Shown: positions 41,078 through 50,338 of the stretch, one piece after another | How the letters are laid out: every line of letters begins with the position of its first letter | How positions within the stretch are numbered: position 1 is the first letter of the stretch | Source: an uncultured Acidimicrobiia bacterium | Lineage (GTDB): Bacteria; Actinomycetota; Acidimicrobiia; IMCC26256; JAENVU01 | Length of the DNA: 64,000 nucleotides | Direction: 5' to 3' | Assembly: GCA_963765075.1 (NCBI GenBank) | Contig: CAVXVA010000008.1 | Coordinates: 773,078-837,077 of the forward strand | Notes under the pieces: generated by a model | Databases searched by the model: none | The model's input: the letters and a program-made list of their open reading frames with translations, nothing else | What the model was told of the DNA's origin: nothing | Program-made: the position numbers and the translations under genes

Positions 41078-41544
41078 CGATGCACACGATCCGGGACCTC
41101 ATCACCGAGCAACCGCTGCTCGCGGACTTGCCGGTAGGGGACCTCGACCTGATCGCCGGGTGCGGACACAACGTGCACTTCCGACCGGGTCGCTATCTGT
41201 TTCGCGAGGGCGAACCGGCCGACGCGTTCTTTCTCGTGCGGTCGGGGCGCGTGGCGATCGAGGTCGCCCCGTCCGCCGGGCCACCGCTGGTCGTCTCCAC
41301 CGCCGGTCCGGGCAGCCTCGTCGGTTGGTCCTGGCTGTTCCCTCCCTACTGCTGGCATCTGGATGCGCGCGCGGTCGACGATGTCAGTGCGGTCGCGATC
41401 GACGGTGCCTGCCTGCGCGCCAAGTGTGAGTCGGACAATGGGCTCGGCTACCGCCTCATGCAGCGATTCGCGCAGCTCGCCGTCGACCACCTCCAGGCGG
41501 CTCGGTTCCAATTGTTGGACCTCTACGGCGACTCCATCGGATGA
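41074..41544 (+). CDS. cyclic-nucleotide-binding-domain-only protein embedded in the hydrogenase operon
   Basis: 156 aa. The beta-roll signature [23 protein letters not shown] is present and there is no HTH. Both ends overlap neighbouring genes by 4 nt (ATGA). The phosphate-binding-cassette positions read [22 protein letters not shown], not G-E-L-A...R-[ST]-A. Confidence 0.8.
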   Translation: MTMHTIRDLITEQPLLADLPVGDLDLIAGCGHNVHFRPGRYLFREGEPADAFFLVRSGRVAIEVAPSAGPPLVVSTAGPGSLVGWSWLFPPYCWHLDARAVDDVSAVAIDGACLRAKCESDNGLGYRLMQRFAQLAVDHLQAARFQLLDLYGDSIG

Positions 41545-42347
41545 TGGTCCCGTTGCGGTATCGGGTCGTCGACCGCGTCGAGGAGCTGGCCGACACCGTC
41601 ACGCTCGCCGTCGAGCCCGTCGACGAGCCCGCACCCGCGCCGGCGCACGGTCAGTTCAACATGTTGTGGGCGTTCGGGGTCGGCGAGATTCCGATCTCGG
41701 TCTCGGCGCGCTCGCCCCACCTTGCCCACACCATCCGCGCGGTCGGTGCCACCTCCGCGGCCCTCTGCGCGCTCGAGCCAGGCGAGATGCTCGGACTACG
41801 GGGTCCGTTCGGAACCGGGTGGGATCTGGACGCCGCCGCGGGCGGCGATCTCGTGGTGATCGGTGGAGGTATCGGGCTCGCCCCGGTGCGTTCCGCGGTC
41901 CGTGCCGCGATCGCCGAGCGCGACCGGTTCGGTCATATCGCCGTGCTGATCGGAGCCCGTACGCCCGACGTGCTCCTCTATGCGGACGAGGTGGCGGAGT
42001 GGCAGCGACGCGGGGACGTCGAGGTCCTGGTGACCGTGGACGCGGCCGGGTCGGGATGGACCGGCAACGTCGGCGTGGTCACGACGTTGGTCGGACGGGC
42101 CGGGTTCGATGCCGCCCGCACCGCAGCGCTCGTGTGCGGTCCCGAGGTGATGATGCGATACAGCGCGCAGGCGCTGATCGATGTTGGAGTCGCCGCCGAA
42201 CGCATCGCAGTGTCGCTGGAACGCAACATGGCGTGTGCGGTCGCGCACTGCGGGCGCTGCCAGCTCGGTCCCGTGTTCGTGTGTCGCGAGGGTCCGGTGT
42301 TCGACTGGGCCACCGCCCGGTCGCTGCTCGCAGTGAGGGACCGATGA
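41541..42347 (+). CDS. hyhG: hydrogenase gamma subunit (AsrB/HydG-like FAD/NAD(P)-binding 2Fe-2S oxidoreductase)
   Basis: It has a ferredoxin-reductase-like fold ([15 protein letters not shown]) and a C-terminal cluster motif [17 protein letters not shown]. Confidence 0.8.
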   Translation: MMVPLRYRVVDRVEELADTVTLAVEPVDEPAPAPAHGQFNMLWAFGVGEIPISVSARSPHLAHTIRAVGATSAALCALEPGEMLGLRGPFGTGWDLDAAAGGDLVVIGGGIGLAPVRSAVRAAIAERDRFGHIAVLIGARTPDVLLYADEVAEWQRRGDVEVLVTVDAAGSGWTGNVGVVTTLVGRAGFDAARTAALVCGPEVMMRYSAQALIDVGVAAERIAVSLERNMACAVAHCGRCQLGPVFVCREGPVFDWATARSLLAVRDR

Positions 42348-43180
42348 CCGCACCGTCATCTCGGCCGCGGCTCGCCGTGTGGAAGTTCGCCTCGTGCGAC
42401 GGGTGCCAACTCACCTTGCTCGACTGCGAGGACGATCTCCTCGCGGTCGTCGACCAGATCGAGATCGCCTACTTCCTCGAAGCGGGCGCGGCCGACGTCC
42501 AGGGTCCGTACGACCTCTCGCTGGTCGAGGGATCGATCACGACCCCCGGCGACGCGGAACGTATCCGGCAAGTACGCGCCGCGTCGCGGACCCTCGTGAC
42601 GATCGGGGCGTGCGCGACCAGCGGTGGCATCCAGGCCCTGCGCAACTTCGCCGACGTGCAGGAGTACCTGGCGATCGTCTACGCGCAGCCGCAGTTCATC
42701 GAGACGCTCGGAACCAGTACGGCGATCGCCGAGCACGTACCGGTCGACCTCGAGCTGCGCGGCTGTCCGATCGACAAGGGCCAGCTGCTCGAGGTGATCG
42801 ATGCCTACCTGCGGGGGCGCAAGCCCGCAATCCCGGCGTCCAGCGTGTGCATCGAGTGCAAGCTGCGCGGCAATGTCTGCGTGATGGTCGCGCACGGCAC
42901 GCCGTGCCTCGGCCCGGTGACCCACGCCGGCTGCGGGGCGTTGTGCCCCACCTACCACCGCGGTTGTTACGGATGCTTCGGCCCGATGGAGACCCCCGCC
43001 ACCGAGGCACTGGCCGGCGCGCTGACCGGCTGCGGCATGGATCGTGGGGATGTGCTGCGCGCGTTCCGCAGCTTCAACGGCTGGTCCGAACCGTTCCGGG
43101 CCGAGAGTCGTCGCCACGAGGTGCCGGTTGCGTTGTCGAAACGTGAGCCGGCCGGGCCCGAGAGGAGCGACGCGTCATGA
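42344..43180 (+). CDS. hyhS: [NiFe]-hydrogenase small (delta) subunit, cytosolic type
   Basis: Start ATG 42344 (ATGA overlap). [22 protein letters not shown] has no Tat signal. GACATSGG is present. The distal cluster cysteines appear in [26 protein letters not shown] and CYGCFGP. Confidence 0.85.
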   Translation: MTAPSSRPRLAVWKFASCDGCQLTLLDCEDDLLAVVDQIEIAYFLEAGAADVQGPYDLSLVEGSITTPGDAERIRQVRAASRTLVTIGACATSGGIQALRNFADVQEYLAIVYAQPQFIETLGTSTAIAEHVPVDLELRGCPIDKGQLLEVIDAYLRGRKPAIPASSVCIECKLRGNVCVMVAHGTPCLGPVTHAGCGALCPTYHRGCYGCFGPMETPATEALAGALTGCGMDRGDVLRAFRSFNGWSEPFRAESRRHEVPVALSKREPAGPERSDAS

Positions 43181-44496
43181 CGCACCGACCGCCCGCGAGC
43201 CGCACGATGAAGGTGGAGGCCCTCACGAGGGTCGAGGGCGAGGGCGGGCTGTACGTCGAGGTGCGCGACGGCCGCGTGCACGACGTCCAGCTACGTATCT
43301 TCGAACCACCACGATTCTTCGAAGGATTCCTCCGCGGGCGTGGTTACCGGGAACCGGCCGACATCACCGCGCGCATCTGCGGGATCTGCCCGGTCGCCTA
43401 TCAGATGAGTGCGTGCCGCGCGATCGAAGCCGCCTGCGGGGTCGTCGTGGACGGGCCCCTACGCGACCTGCGACGCCTGCTCTATGCGGGTGAGTGGATC
43501 GAGAGCCACACCCTGCACATCGTGATGCTGCACGCGCCGGACTTCCTCGGCCACGAGAACGCGATCAGCCTGGCTGCCGTCGACAAACCGGCCATCGAAA
43601 GGGGGTTGGCGCTCAAGCAGGCGGGGAACCAGTTACTCGAGCTGGTCGGCGGCCGGGCCGTGCACCCGGTGAACGTCAAGGTCGGCGGTTTCTACCGGGT
43701 GCCGACGGTCCGCGAGCTGCGGGCCTTCCGGCCGCGCATGGAGGCGGCGCGCGATCGCGCGGTCGATCTGGTGCGCTGGGTGTCCGGCTTCGAGTTCCCC
43801 GACGCCCACCACGACTATCACGCGGTCGCGCTCCGTCATCCGCTGGAGTACGCGGTGCTCGACGGCCGGGTCGTCTCCAACCGCGGGCTCGACGTGCCCG
43901 ACGGCGAGTTCGGGGCCGAGTTCACCGAGGAGCACGTCGCGCACTCCACGGCGCTGCACGCACACCTGACGGGTGGTGACCACTATCTGGTCGGCCCGCT
44001 CGCCCGGTGGTGGATCAACCACGACCGTATCGGCGGCGTGGCCGCGCAGATCGCGGACGAGGTCGGTCTCGAGCGCCCGGTGCGCAACCCATTCCGCAGC
44101 ATCGTCGTCCGCGCCGTCGAAGTGGTCGCCGCCTGTGACGAAGCGATCGCCATCATCGACTCGTACGAGGAGCCCGATGCGCCGGCGGTGGTGGTCGAGC
44201 CCCGGGCCGGTACCGGCGCCGCGTGTACCGAGGCACCGCGCGGCCTGCTCTATCACCGCTACACGCTGGACGACGAGGGGACGATCACCGACGCGACGAT
44301 CGTGCCGCCGACATCACAGAACCAACCGACCATCGAGCACGACCTGTGGCATCTGGTCGAGGACACCCTGGTCGACGGCCAGTTCGTTCTGGACCACGAG
44401 ACGCTCACCCACCGGTGCGAACAGGCCATTCGCAACCACGATCCGTGCATCTCGTGCGCGACCCACTTCCTCGACCTCGTGGTCGACGAGCAGTGA
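43177..44496 (+). CDS. hyhL: [NiFe]-hydrogenase large (alpha) subunit
   Basis: N-terminal Ni-binding motif [10 protein letters not shown] and C-terminal DPCISCATH, followed by a 9-residue tail (FLDLVVDEQ) of the kind removed by the maturation endopeptidase. Confidence 0.9.
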   Translation: MTHRPPASRTMKVEALTRVEGEGGLYVEVRDGRVHDVQLRIFEPPRFFEGFLRGRGYREPADITARICGICPVAYQMSACRAIEAACGVVVDGPLRDLRRLLYAGEWIESHTLHIVMLHAPDFLGHENAISLAAVDKPAIERGLALKQAGNQLLELVGGRAVHPVNVKVGGFYRVPTVRELRAFRPRMEAARDRAVDLVRWVSGFEFPDAHHDYHAVALRHPLEYAVLDGRVVSNRGLDVPDGEFGAEFTEEHVAHSTALHAHLTGGDHYLVGPLARWWINHDRIGGVAAQIADEVGLERPVRNPFRSIVVRAVEVVAACDEAIAIIDSYEEPDAPAVVVEPRAGTGAACTEAPRGLLYHRYTLDDEGTITDATIVPPTSQNQPTIEHDLWHLVEDTLVDGQFVLDHETLTHRCEQAIRNHDPCISCATHFLDLVVDEQ

Positions 44497-44985
44497 GCGC
44501 GGGCTCGGCCGCGTCACGCTGTCCGCCGATCGTCATCGGTCTGGGGAACACTTATGCGCCACGACGACGGCGTCGGCCATGCGGTCCTCGCCGCATTTGC
44601 CGAGGTGGCGCCCGGGGGAGTGAGCCTCGTCGAGCTCGACGGCGAGCCCGCGCGGGTGATCGAGGCCTGGACCGACGCGCCGCTCGCCATCGTGGTCGAC
44701 GCCGGCCGCTCCGGGGGAGCGCTCGGCTCCGTGCTCCGGCTCGAGGGCGACGATCTCGGAGGTCGTGACGTGGCGCGGCCGGGAACTGGACCGCGGTCGA
44801 GCAGCCACGGGCTCGGTGTCGCGCAGGCAATCGAGCTCGGTGGCGCGTTGGGTCGGATGCCCGCTCGCCTCGTCGTCTTCGCGATCGAGGGCCAGGAGTT
44901 CGGACCCGGTCCGGGCCTCTCCGAGCCGGTGGCCGCCGCGGTGCCCGATGTCGTCGCCGCGATCGTCGGGGAGCTGGCCGCACCC
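44493..44985 (+). other. hydrogenase maturation endopeptidase (HycI/HoxW/HybD-type) module; first ~20 codons off-frame, remainder continuous with hypF
   Basis: GTG 44493 overlaps the hyhL stop (GTGA) and reads [20 protein letters not shown]. After a 1-nt shift at 44550-44553 the sequence continues MRHDDGVGHAV...IVVDAG...SSHGLGVAQAIELG...LVVFAIEG...LSEPVAAAVPDVVAAIVGEL in the hypF ORF frame. Joined, this gives the canonical GxGNxxRxDDGxG motif. Confidence 0.65.
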
Positions 44986-47319
44986 GTCGCGCGGCGCATC
45001 GAGGTGACCGGTCGGGTGCAGGGAGTCGGGTTCCGCCCGTTCGTCTGGCGCCGAGCCCGGCACCACGGCATCTCGGGATGGGTCCGCAACCACGACGGCG
45101 CGGTCGAGGTGCACGCTGAAGGCTCGTTCGTTGCACTCGAAGCGTTCTGTCGCGACCTGAATATCGCCGCGCCTCCGCTCGCCCGGGTCGAACGGATCCG
45201 TGATACCGCGGTCGAGCCGAACGGCGCGCAGGGGTTCACGGTCGTGGCGAGCACCGGCATCGGGGCGGGTGGCGAGGTGCGGCACCTGCCGCCGGACAGC
45301 GCCCCATGTTGCGCATGCCGGACCGAGTTGGCCGATCCGGCCGACCGGCGGTTCGGATATCCCTTCGTCAACTGCACCGACTGCGGCCCTCGTTTCACCA
45401 TCATCGAGGCACTGCCGTACGACCGGGCGCGTACCTCGATGGCCGCGTTCGCGATGTGCGAACGGTGCGCGGTTGAGTACGAGGACCCGTCCGACCGGCG
45501 GTTCCATGCCGAACCCGTGGCGTGTCCGGACTGTGGGCCGCAGCTCCGGCTCGTGGACCGCGCGGGCACCGACGTCGCCCGCGGATCGGACCCGATCGAC
45601 GCCGCGGCCGGCCTGCTTCGCGACGGTGCAATCCTCGCGGTCAAGGGCGTTGGCGGGTATCAGCTCGCCTGCGCCGCCACCGACGGAGCGACCGTCGCCG
45701 AGCTGCGGCGGCGGAAGCACCGACCCGACAAGCCGCTCGCCGTGATGGTCGCCGACCTCGACGCCGCGCACCGCTTGGCGCGTACGACGGTTGCCGAGGA
45801 TGAGCTGCTCGCGTCGCCGGCGGCGCCGATCGTGCTGGTGGCCAGTCTTGACGAGCTGCCCGCCCAGGTTGCGCCGGGCCATCGTCGGCTCGGGGTGATG
45901 TTGCCGGCGTCGCCGTTGCATCTCGTGCTGAGCCGGGCCGTCGGTCTCCCGCTCGTGCTCACGAGCGGGAACCGAAGCGAGGAGCCGATCGCGATCGACG
46001 ATGCCGACGCGCGCGAGCGGCTGGCGACGATCGCCGATGCCTGGCTGACCCACGACCGCCGGATCACGGCTCGCCACGACGATTCGGTGAGTGTCGTGCG
46101 GGTCACCGGACCGGTGCTGCTGCGACGCGCGCGGGGGTATGCCCCGAGTCCGGTGGCGCTCGGCACCGCGTTGGGCCGTCCCGTCCTGGCGGTTGGTGCC
46201 GATCTGGGGAACAGCTTCTGTTTCGCGGCCGGCACCGACGCGTTCGTGTCGGCCCATGTGGGCGATCTCGACGACGACGCGACGATCGGCGCGTGGCGGT
46301 GCGCGGTCGAGCGACATCTCGAGTTGGTCGGTGTTCGGCCCGAGGTCGTCGTCCACGATGCCCACCCCGACCTGCAGAGCACTCGGCTGGCCGAGCGACT
46401 GGCCCAGGAGCTGGGGATCCCCCAGTTCGCAGTACGTCACCATCACGCGCACGTGGCCGCGGTCATGGCCGAGCACGGACTCACCGGACCGGTGCTCGGC
46501 GTCGCCTTCGACGGGTTCGGGCTCGGTGACGACGGCACCGCATGGGGAGGCGAGTTCCTCGTCTCCGAACCCAGCGGCTACCGGCGCGTCGGCCACCTTG
46601 CGGTGGTACCCCAACCGGGGGGCGATCTGGCCGTGCGCCACCCGGCGCGGATGGTGCTCGCGCACGCCGAGGCCGCCGGATGCCTGGGCGAGGCGCTCGC
46701 CCTCCTCGGGCTCGATGCCGCGAGCCCGGCCGAGGTGCTCGGCGGCGTGCGCGCCGACCAGTTGCTGGCCGCGAGTTCCTCCCGGTCCGGCGCCCCCAAG
46801 ACGTCGTCGGTCGGCCGACTCTTCGACGCCGTCGCCGTGCTCTGCGGCCTGGCCCACTCGCCGTCCTACGAGGGCCAGCCCGCGATGCTGCTCGAGCAGA
46901 TGGCGTTGACCGCGTCCGGATGCACGTCCCCGATTGCTCGTTTTCTCGTCGGTCGTGGCGAGTCGGGCGGCGGCGGGAAAGCGGGCCCAATGGTGGTGGA
47001 TCCGGCGCCCGTCGTCGCCGCGGTCGTCCACCATCTCGCCGACGGCCGCCCGGCCGCCGAGGTCGCCGCGGGCTTCCACGCCGCGCTCGCCGACGCGGTC
47101 GTTGGGGCGACCGCGTCCCTGGCCAGTCGCGAGGGCCTCATCGACGTCTGTCTCGCGGGAGGGGTCTGGGCCAACGGTCTCCTGGTCGACCTCGTGGTGC
47201 CCGCGCTCGCCGGGCGCGGACTCCGCGTGCATCTGGCGCGCGCCGTCCCGCCGGGCGACGGAGGGCTTGCACTCGGTCAGGCGCTCGTCGCCGGTAGCGT
47301 CGTGTGCGGAGGGAGCTGA
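44554..47319 (+). CDS. hypF: carbamoyltransferase HypF (921-aa ORF including the N-terminal endopeptidase module)
   Basis: From about residue 145 it has an acylphosphatase domain (RRIEVTGRVQGVGFRPFVW) and two zinc-finger pairs (CCACRTELADPADRRFGYPFVNCTDCGPRF and CERCAVEYEDPSDRRFHAEPVACPDCGPQL). A YrdC-like domain (AVKGVGGYQLA) and a Kae1-like C-terminus (GGVWANGLL) follow. There is no stop or alternative start between the protease and HypF parts. Confidence 0.9.
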   Translation: MRHDDGVGHAVLAAFAEVAPGGVSLVELDGEPARVIEAWTDAPLAIVVDAGRSGGALGSVLRLEGDDLGGRDVARPGTGPRSSSHGLGVAQAIELGGALGRMPARLVVFAIEGQEFGPGPGLSEPVAAAVPDVVAAIVGELAAPVARRIEVTGRVQGVGFRPFVWRRARHHGISGWVRNHDGAVEVHAEGSFVALEAFCRDLNIAAPPLARVERIRDTAVEPNGAQGFTVVASTGIGAGGEVRHLPPDSAPCCACRTELADPADRRFGYPFVNCTDCGPRFTIIEALPYDRARTSMAAFAMCERCAVEYEDPSDRRFHAEPVACPDCGPQLRLVDRAGTDVARGSDPIDAAAGLLRDGAILAVKGVGGYQLACAATDGATVAELRRRKHRPDKPLAVMVADLDAAHRLARTTVAEDELLASPAAPIVLVASLDELPAQVAPGHRRLGVMLPASPLHLVLSRAVGLPLVLTSGNRSEEPIAIDDADARERLATIADAWLTHDRRITARHDDSVSVVRVTGPVLLRRARGYAPSPVALGTALGRPVLAVGADLGNSFCFAAGTDAFVSAHVGDLDDDATIGAWRCAVERHLELVGVRPEVVVHDAHPDLQSTRLAERLAQELGIPQFAVRHHHAHVAAVMAEHGLTGPVLGVAFDGFGLGDDGTAWGGEFLVSEPSGYRRVGHLAVVPQPGGDLAVRHPARMVLAHAEAAGCLGEALALLGLDAASPAEVLGGVRADQLLAASSSRSGAPKTSSVGRLFDAVAVLCGLAHSPSYEGQPAMLLEQMALTASGCTSPIARFLVGRGESGGGGKAGPMVVDPAPVVAAVVHHLADGRPAAEVAAGFHAALADAVVGATASLASREGLIDVCLAGGVWANGLLVDLVVPALAGRGLRVHLARAVPPGDGGLALGQALVAGSVVCGGS

Positions 47320-47321
47320 CC

Positions 47322-47576
47322 ATGTGTTTGGGAGTGCCCGGGCGGATCCAGGAGATCGACGACGATGCCGCGCTGCGAACCGGCACGGTCGACTTCGGCG
47401 GGACTCGACGCGAGGTGTGCCTCGCGTACGTTCCCGAAGCGCGGGTCGGAGACCATGTCATCGTGCACGTCGGTTTCGCGCTGTGTGTCATCGATGAAGC
47501 CGAGGCCGCTCGGACCTGGGCGTTACTCGAGGAGATCGCGGGACTCGACGACGTGGTGTCCGGGGGGTCGGCATGA
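47322..47576 (+). CDS. hypC: hydrogenase assembly chaperone HypC
   Basis: Canonical [10 protein letters not shown]-terminus with GGAGGGA upstream, 84 aa. Confidence 0.9.
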   Translation: MCLGVPGRIQEIDDDAALRTGTVDFGGTRREVCLAYVPEARVGDHVIVHVGFALCVIDEAEAARTWALLEEIAGLDDVVSGGSA

Positions 47577-48682
47577 AGTATCTCGACGAGTACCACGACA
47601 GCCAGGTGGCGCGTGCGTTGATCGAACGGATCAACGCGACGGCCACTCGGCGGTGGACGATCATGGAAGTCTGTGGAGGCCAGACCCACACGATCGTGCG
47701 CGAGGGAATCGACGAGCTGTTGCCCGATTCGGTAGAGCTGGTGCACGGCCCTGGGTGCCCCGTGTGCGTCACACCTCTCGCGGTCATCGACCATGCGCTC
47801 GAACTGGCACACCGGCCGGAGGTGATCCTGTGCTCGTTCGGCGACATGCTGCGGGTGCCCGGTTCGACCGACGATCTCCTGCGCGCGCGTGCCTCCGGTG
47901 CCGACGTTCGCATCGTCTATTCGCCGCTCGACGCGGTCCGGGTCGCGACGGAGCACCCCGACCGGACCGTGGTGTTCTTCGCCGTGGGCTTCGAGACCAC
48001 CGCACCGGCGAACGCGATGGCCGTGCGCCACGCGCGCGATCTCGGACTCACGAACTTCTGCATGCTCGTCGCGCACGTGCTCGTCCCGCCCGCGATGATG
48101 GCGATCCTCGACTCGCCCGCCAACCGGGTCCAGGCGTTTCTCGGACCCGGGCACGTCTGCACGGTCATGGGCTGGGTCGACTACGAACCGATCGTGCAAG
48201 GGTGCGGTGTCCCCGTCGTCATTACGGGCTTCGAGCCGGTTGATCTGCTCGAGGGCATCCTCGCGGCCGTGACCCAGCTGGAGGAGGGACGGCACGAGGT
48301 GGAGAACCAGTACGCGCGTGCGGCGCGGCGCGAGGGCAACGTCGTCGCCCGCGAGGCGGTCGAAGAAGTGTTCGAACCGTGTGACCGCGCCTGGCGCGGT
48401 ATCGGGGTGCTTCCGCACTCCGGGTTGGCGCTGCGCCCGGCCTTCGCGCAGTTCGACGCGGCCCTCCGGTACCCGCGGAGTGGTCCCGAGGCGAGCGAGC
48501 ACGACCAGTGCATCGCGGGCGCAGTGCTCCAAGGGCGCACCAAGCCCGACGAATGCGCCGCCTTCGGTACCGAATGCACCCCTGAGCATCCGCTGGGTGC
48601 GCCGATGGTCTCGTCCGAGGGTGCCTGTGCCGCGTACTTCGCCGCCGGTCGCATCGGTCGACGACGCGCGCCGAGCCCGTGA
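47573..48682 (+). CDS. hypD: hydrogenase formation protein HypD
   Basis: Motifs [32 protein letters not shown] and PGHV are present. ATGA overlaps at both ends. Confidence 0.9.
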   Translation: MKYLDEYHDSQVARALIERINATATRRWTIMEVCGGQTHTIVREGIDELLPDSVELVHGPGCPVCVTPLAVIDHALELAHRPEVILCSFGDMLRVPGSTDDLLRARASGADVRIVYSPLDAVRVATEHPDRTVVFFAVGFETTAPANAMAVRHARDLGLTNFCMLVAHVLVPPAMMAILDSPANRVQAFLGPGHVCTVMGWVDYEPIVQGCGVPVVITGFEPVDLLEGILAAVTQLEEGRHEVENQYARAARREGNVVAREAVEEVFEPCDRAWRGIGVLPHSGLALRPAFAQFDAALRYPRSGPEASEHDQCIAGAVLQGRTKPDECAAFGTECTPEHPLGAPMVSSEGACAAYFAAGRIGRRRAPSP

Positions 48683-49728
48683 CCGACGCGTCCTGCCCGT
48701 TGCCGCTGCCACCCGGTGAGGTGATCCTCCTCGGCCACGGCAGCGGCGGGCGCCTCACCGCCCAACTCGTCGACGACCTCTTCATGCCGCGCTTCGCCGA
48801 CCCGGAGCTGGCGCGTCACGGTGACGCGGCCGTGCTCGATCTCCCCGCCGGGATCAGGGAGCAGGGACGTCTGGCCTTTACCACCGACGCGTTCGTGGTG
48901 AGCCCGCTCGTGTTCCCCGGCGCCGATATCGGTTCCCTTGCGGTGTTCGGCACCGTGAACGACCTCGCCATGGTCGGCGCCCGACCCCTCGCGATCACGG
49001 TGGCGTTCGTGATCGAGGAGGGCTTCGCAATGGACGAGCTCATCCCGATCGTCGACTCGATGGCGGCGGCGGCCCGTCGGGCCGGCACGCGGATCGTGGC
49101 CGGCGATACCAAGGTGGTCGAGCGGGGTGCTGCCGACGGGCTCTTCGTGGTGACCTCGGGGGTCGGGGTCGTTCCCCCCGGGCGCACGCTCGATGCCTCG
49201 CGGATCGAATTGGGCGATGCCGTGGTGGTGTCGGGACCCATCGGAAGCCACGGCGTCGCGGTGCTCTCGTGTCGAGCCGGGCTCGCGTTCGACACCGATG
49301 TCGTGAGCGACTCGGCACCGCTCACGGCCCTGGTCGACGCGATGGTGTCAGCGGGGGAGGTGCATGCGCTACGAGACGCGACCCGTGGGGGCGTGGCCAC
49401 GGTCCTCAACGAACTCGCCGACGCGGCCGACGTCCGCATCACCGTCGATGAGGGCGCCTTCCCGATGCACGAGGGGGTGCGGTCCGGCTGTGCGGTGCTG
49501 GGTCTCGATCCGCTCTACGTGGCGAACGAGGGGGTCTGCGTCTGCATCGTGGCCGCCGCCGATGTCGACGCCGTCGTGTCCGCGGCGCGGTCGGCCCCGT
49601 GCGGAGGTGAGGCCACCGTGGTGGGCATCGTCGAGTCCGGAGATCAGGGAGTGCACCTGCGGACTCCTCTCGGAGTCACGCGCCCACTCCAGGTCCTCAC
49701 CGGCGACCAATTGCCGCGGATCTGTTGA
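48679..49728 (+). CDS. hypE: hydrogenase expression/formation protein HypE
   Basis: AIR-synthase-like fold. Motifs GHGSGG, TTDAFVV and DATRGG are present, along with the canonical C-terminal PRIC. Confidence 0.9.
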   Translation: MTDASCPLPLPPGEVILLGHGSGGRLTAQLVDDLFMPRFADPELARHGDAAVLDLPAGIREQGRLAFTTDAFVVSPLVFPGADIGSLAVFGTVNDLAMVGARPLAITVAFVIEEGFAMDELIPIVDSMAAAARRAGTRIVAGDTKVVERGAADGLFVVTSGVGVVPPGRTLDASRIELGDAVVVSGPIGSHGVAVLSCRAGLAFDTDVVSDSAPLTALVDAMVSAGEVHALRDATRGGVATVLNELADAADVRITVDEGAFPMHEGVRSGCAVLGLDPLYVANEGVCVCIVAAADVDAVVSAARSAPCGGEATVVGIVESGDQGVHLRTPLGVTRPLQVLTGDQLPRIC

Positions 49729-49735
49729 GGTCAGG

Positions 49736-50338
49736 TCAGAGGTTGGAGTCGTCCGCGCCCGCGGGGATCGAGTGCGAGATCCGTTCGGGACCGGAATCGC
49801 GAGTCCCCACGAGGAGGGAGCCGCAGGTGGTGTGCACAACCACGGCCATCCCGACGATGACCAGCACGTCGCCGACGCTGAAGACGTTGGCGAGCGGCCA
49901 GCCCTTTGGAATGGCGAATACGTCACCGAGCCACGCGAGATGAGGGTCAGTCACTGCGGAGGAGTTCCGAAACGCACCGTGCGTCGACAACGGGATGCCT
50001 GCCGCTCGCAGTGCGGCGCGTGATGCCGGCATGACGCCCCCGTTGGTCGCGATCGCGAGGAGGTTCGACAGTCCGCCCAGCGCAATCACGTCGATTCCCC
50101 GGATCCGGCGGTTTGCCCATACGAAGCCCAAGCCCAACATGAATGAGAAGACATGGAACGCGGCCGACACGCCGACTGGCAGTACCGTTGGGGGGAGTCC
50201 GAGCACCACGAACTGGATCGCCATCGCCGCGCCGAGCAACCCTTTCCGTCGAAGGTCGAGGGTTGTCAGCCGGCTCAGATGGCCACCAGAGAGTGGGACG
50301 CTGGCCAGCACCAGCATCGCCGCGAAGATCAAGATCAC
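49736..50338 (-). CDS. DUF5317 family membrane protein
   Basis: 200 aa with 5-6 TM segments. NLLAIATNGGVMP and ANVFSVGDVLVIVG fit DUF5317. Its GTG start overlaps the GGDEF-EAL stop (GTGA). Confidence 0.7.
   Translation of the reverse strand: MILIFAAMLVLASVPLSGGHLSRLTTLDLRRKGLLGAAMAIQFVVLGLPPTVLPVGVSAAFHVFSFMLGLGFVWANRRIRGIDVIALGGLSNLLAIATNGGVMPASRAALRAAGIPLSTHGAFRNSSAVTDPHLAWLGDVFAIPKGWPLANVFSVGDVLVIVGMAVVVHTTCGSLLVGTRDSGPERISHSIPAGADDSNL

Noticed and set aside
44533-47232. 899-aa minus-strand ORF opposite hypF
   Set aside because: It is antisense to a motif-perfect HypF and has low-complexity Arg/Gly/Glu composition.
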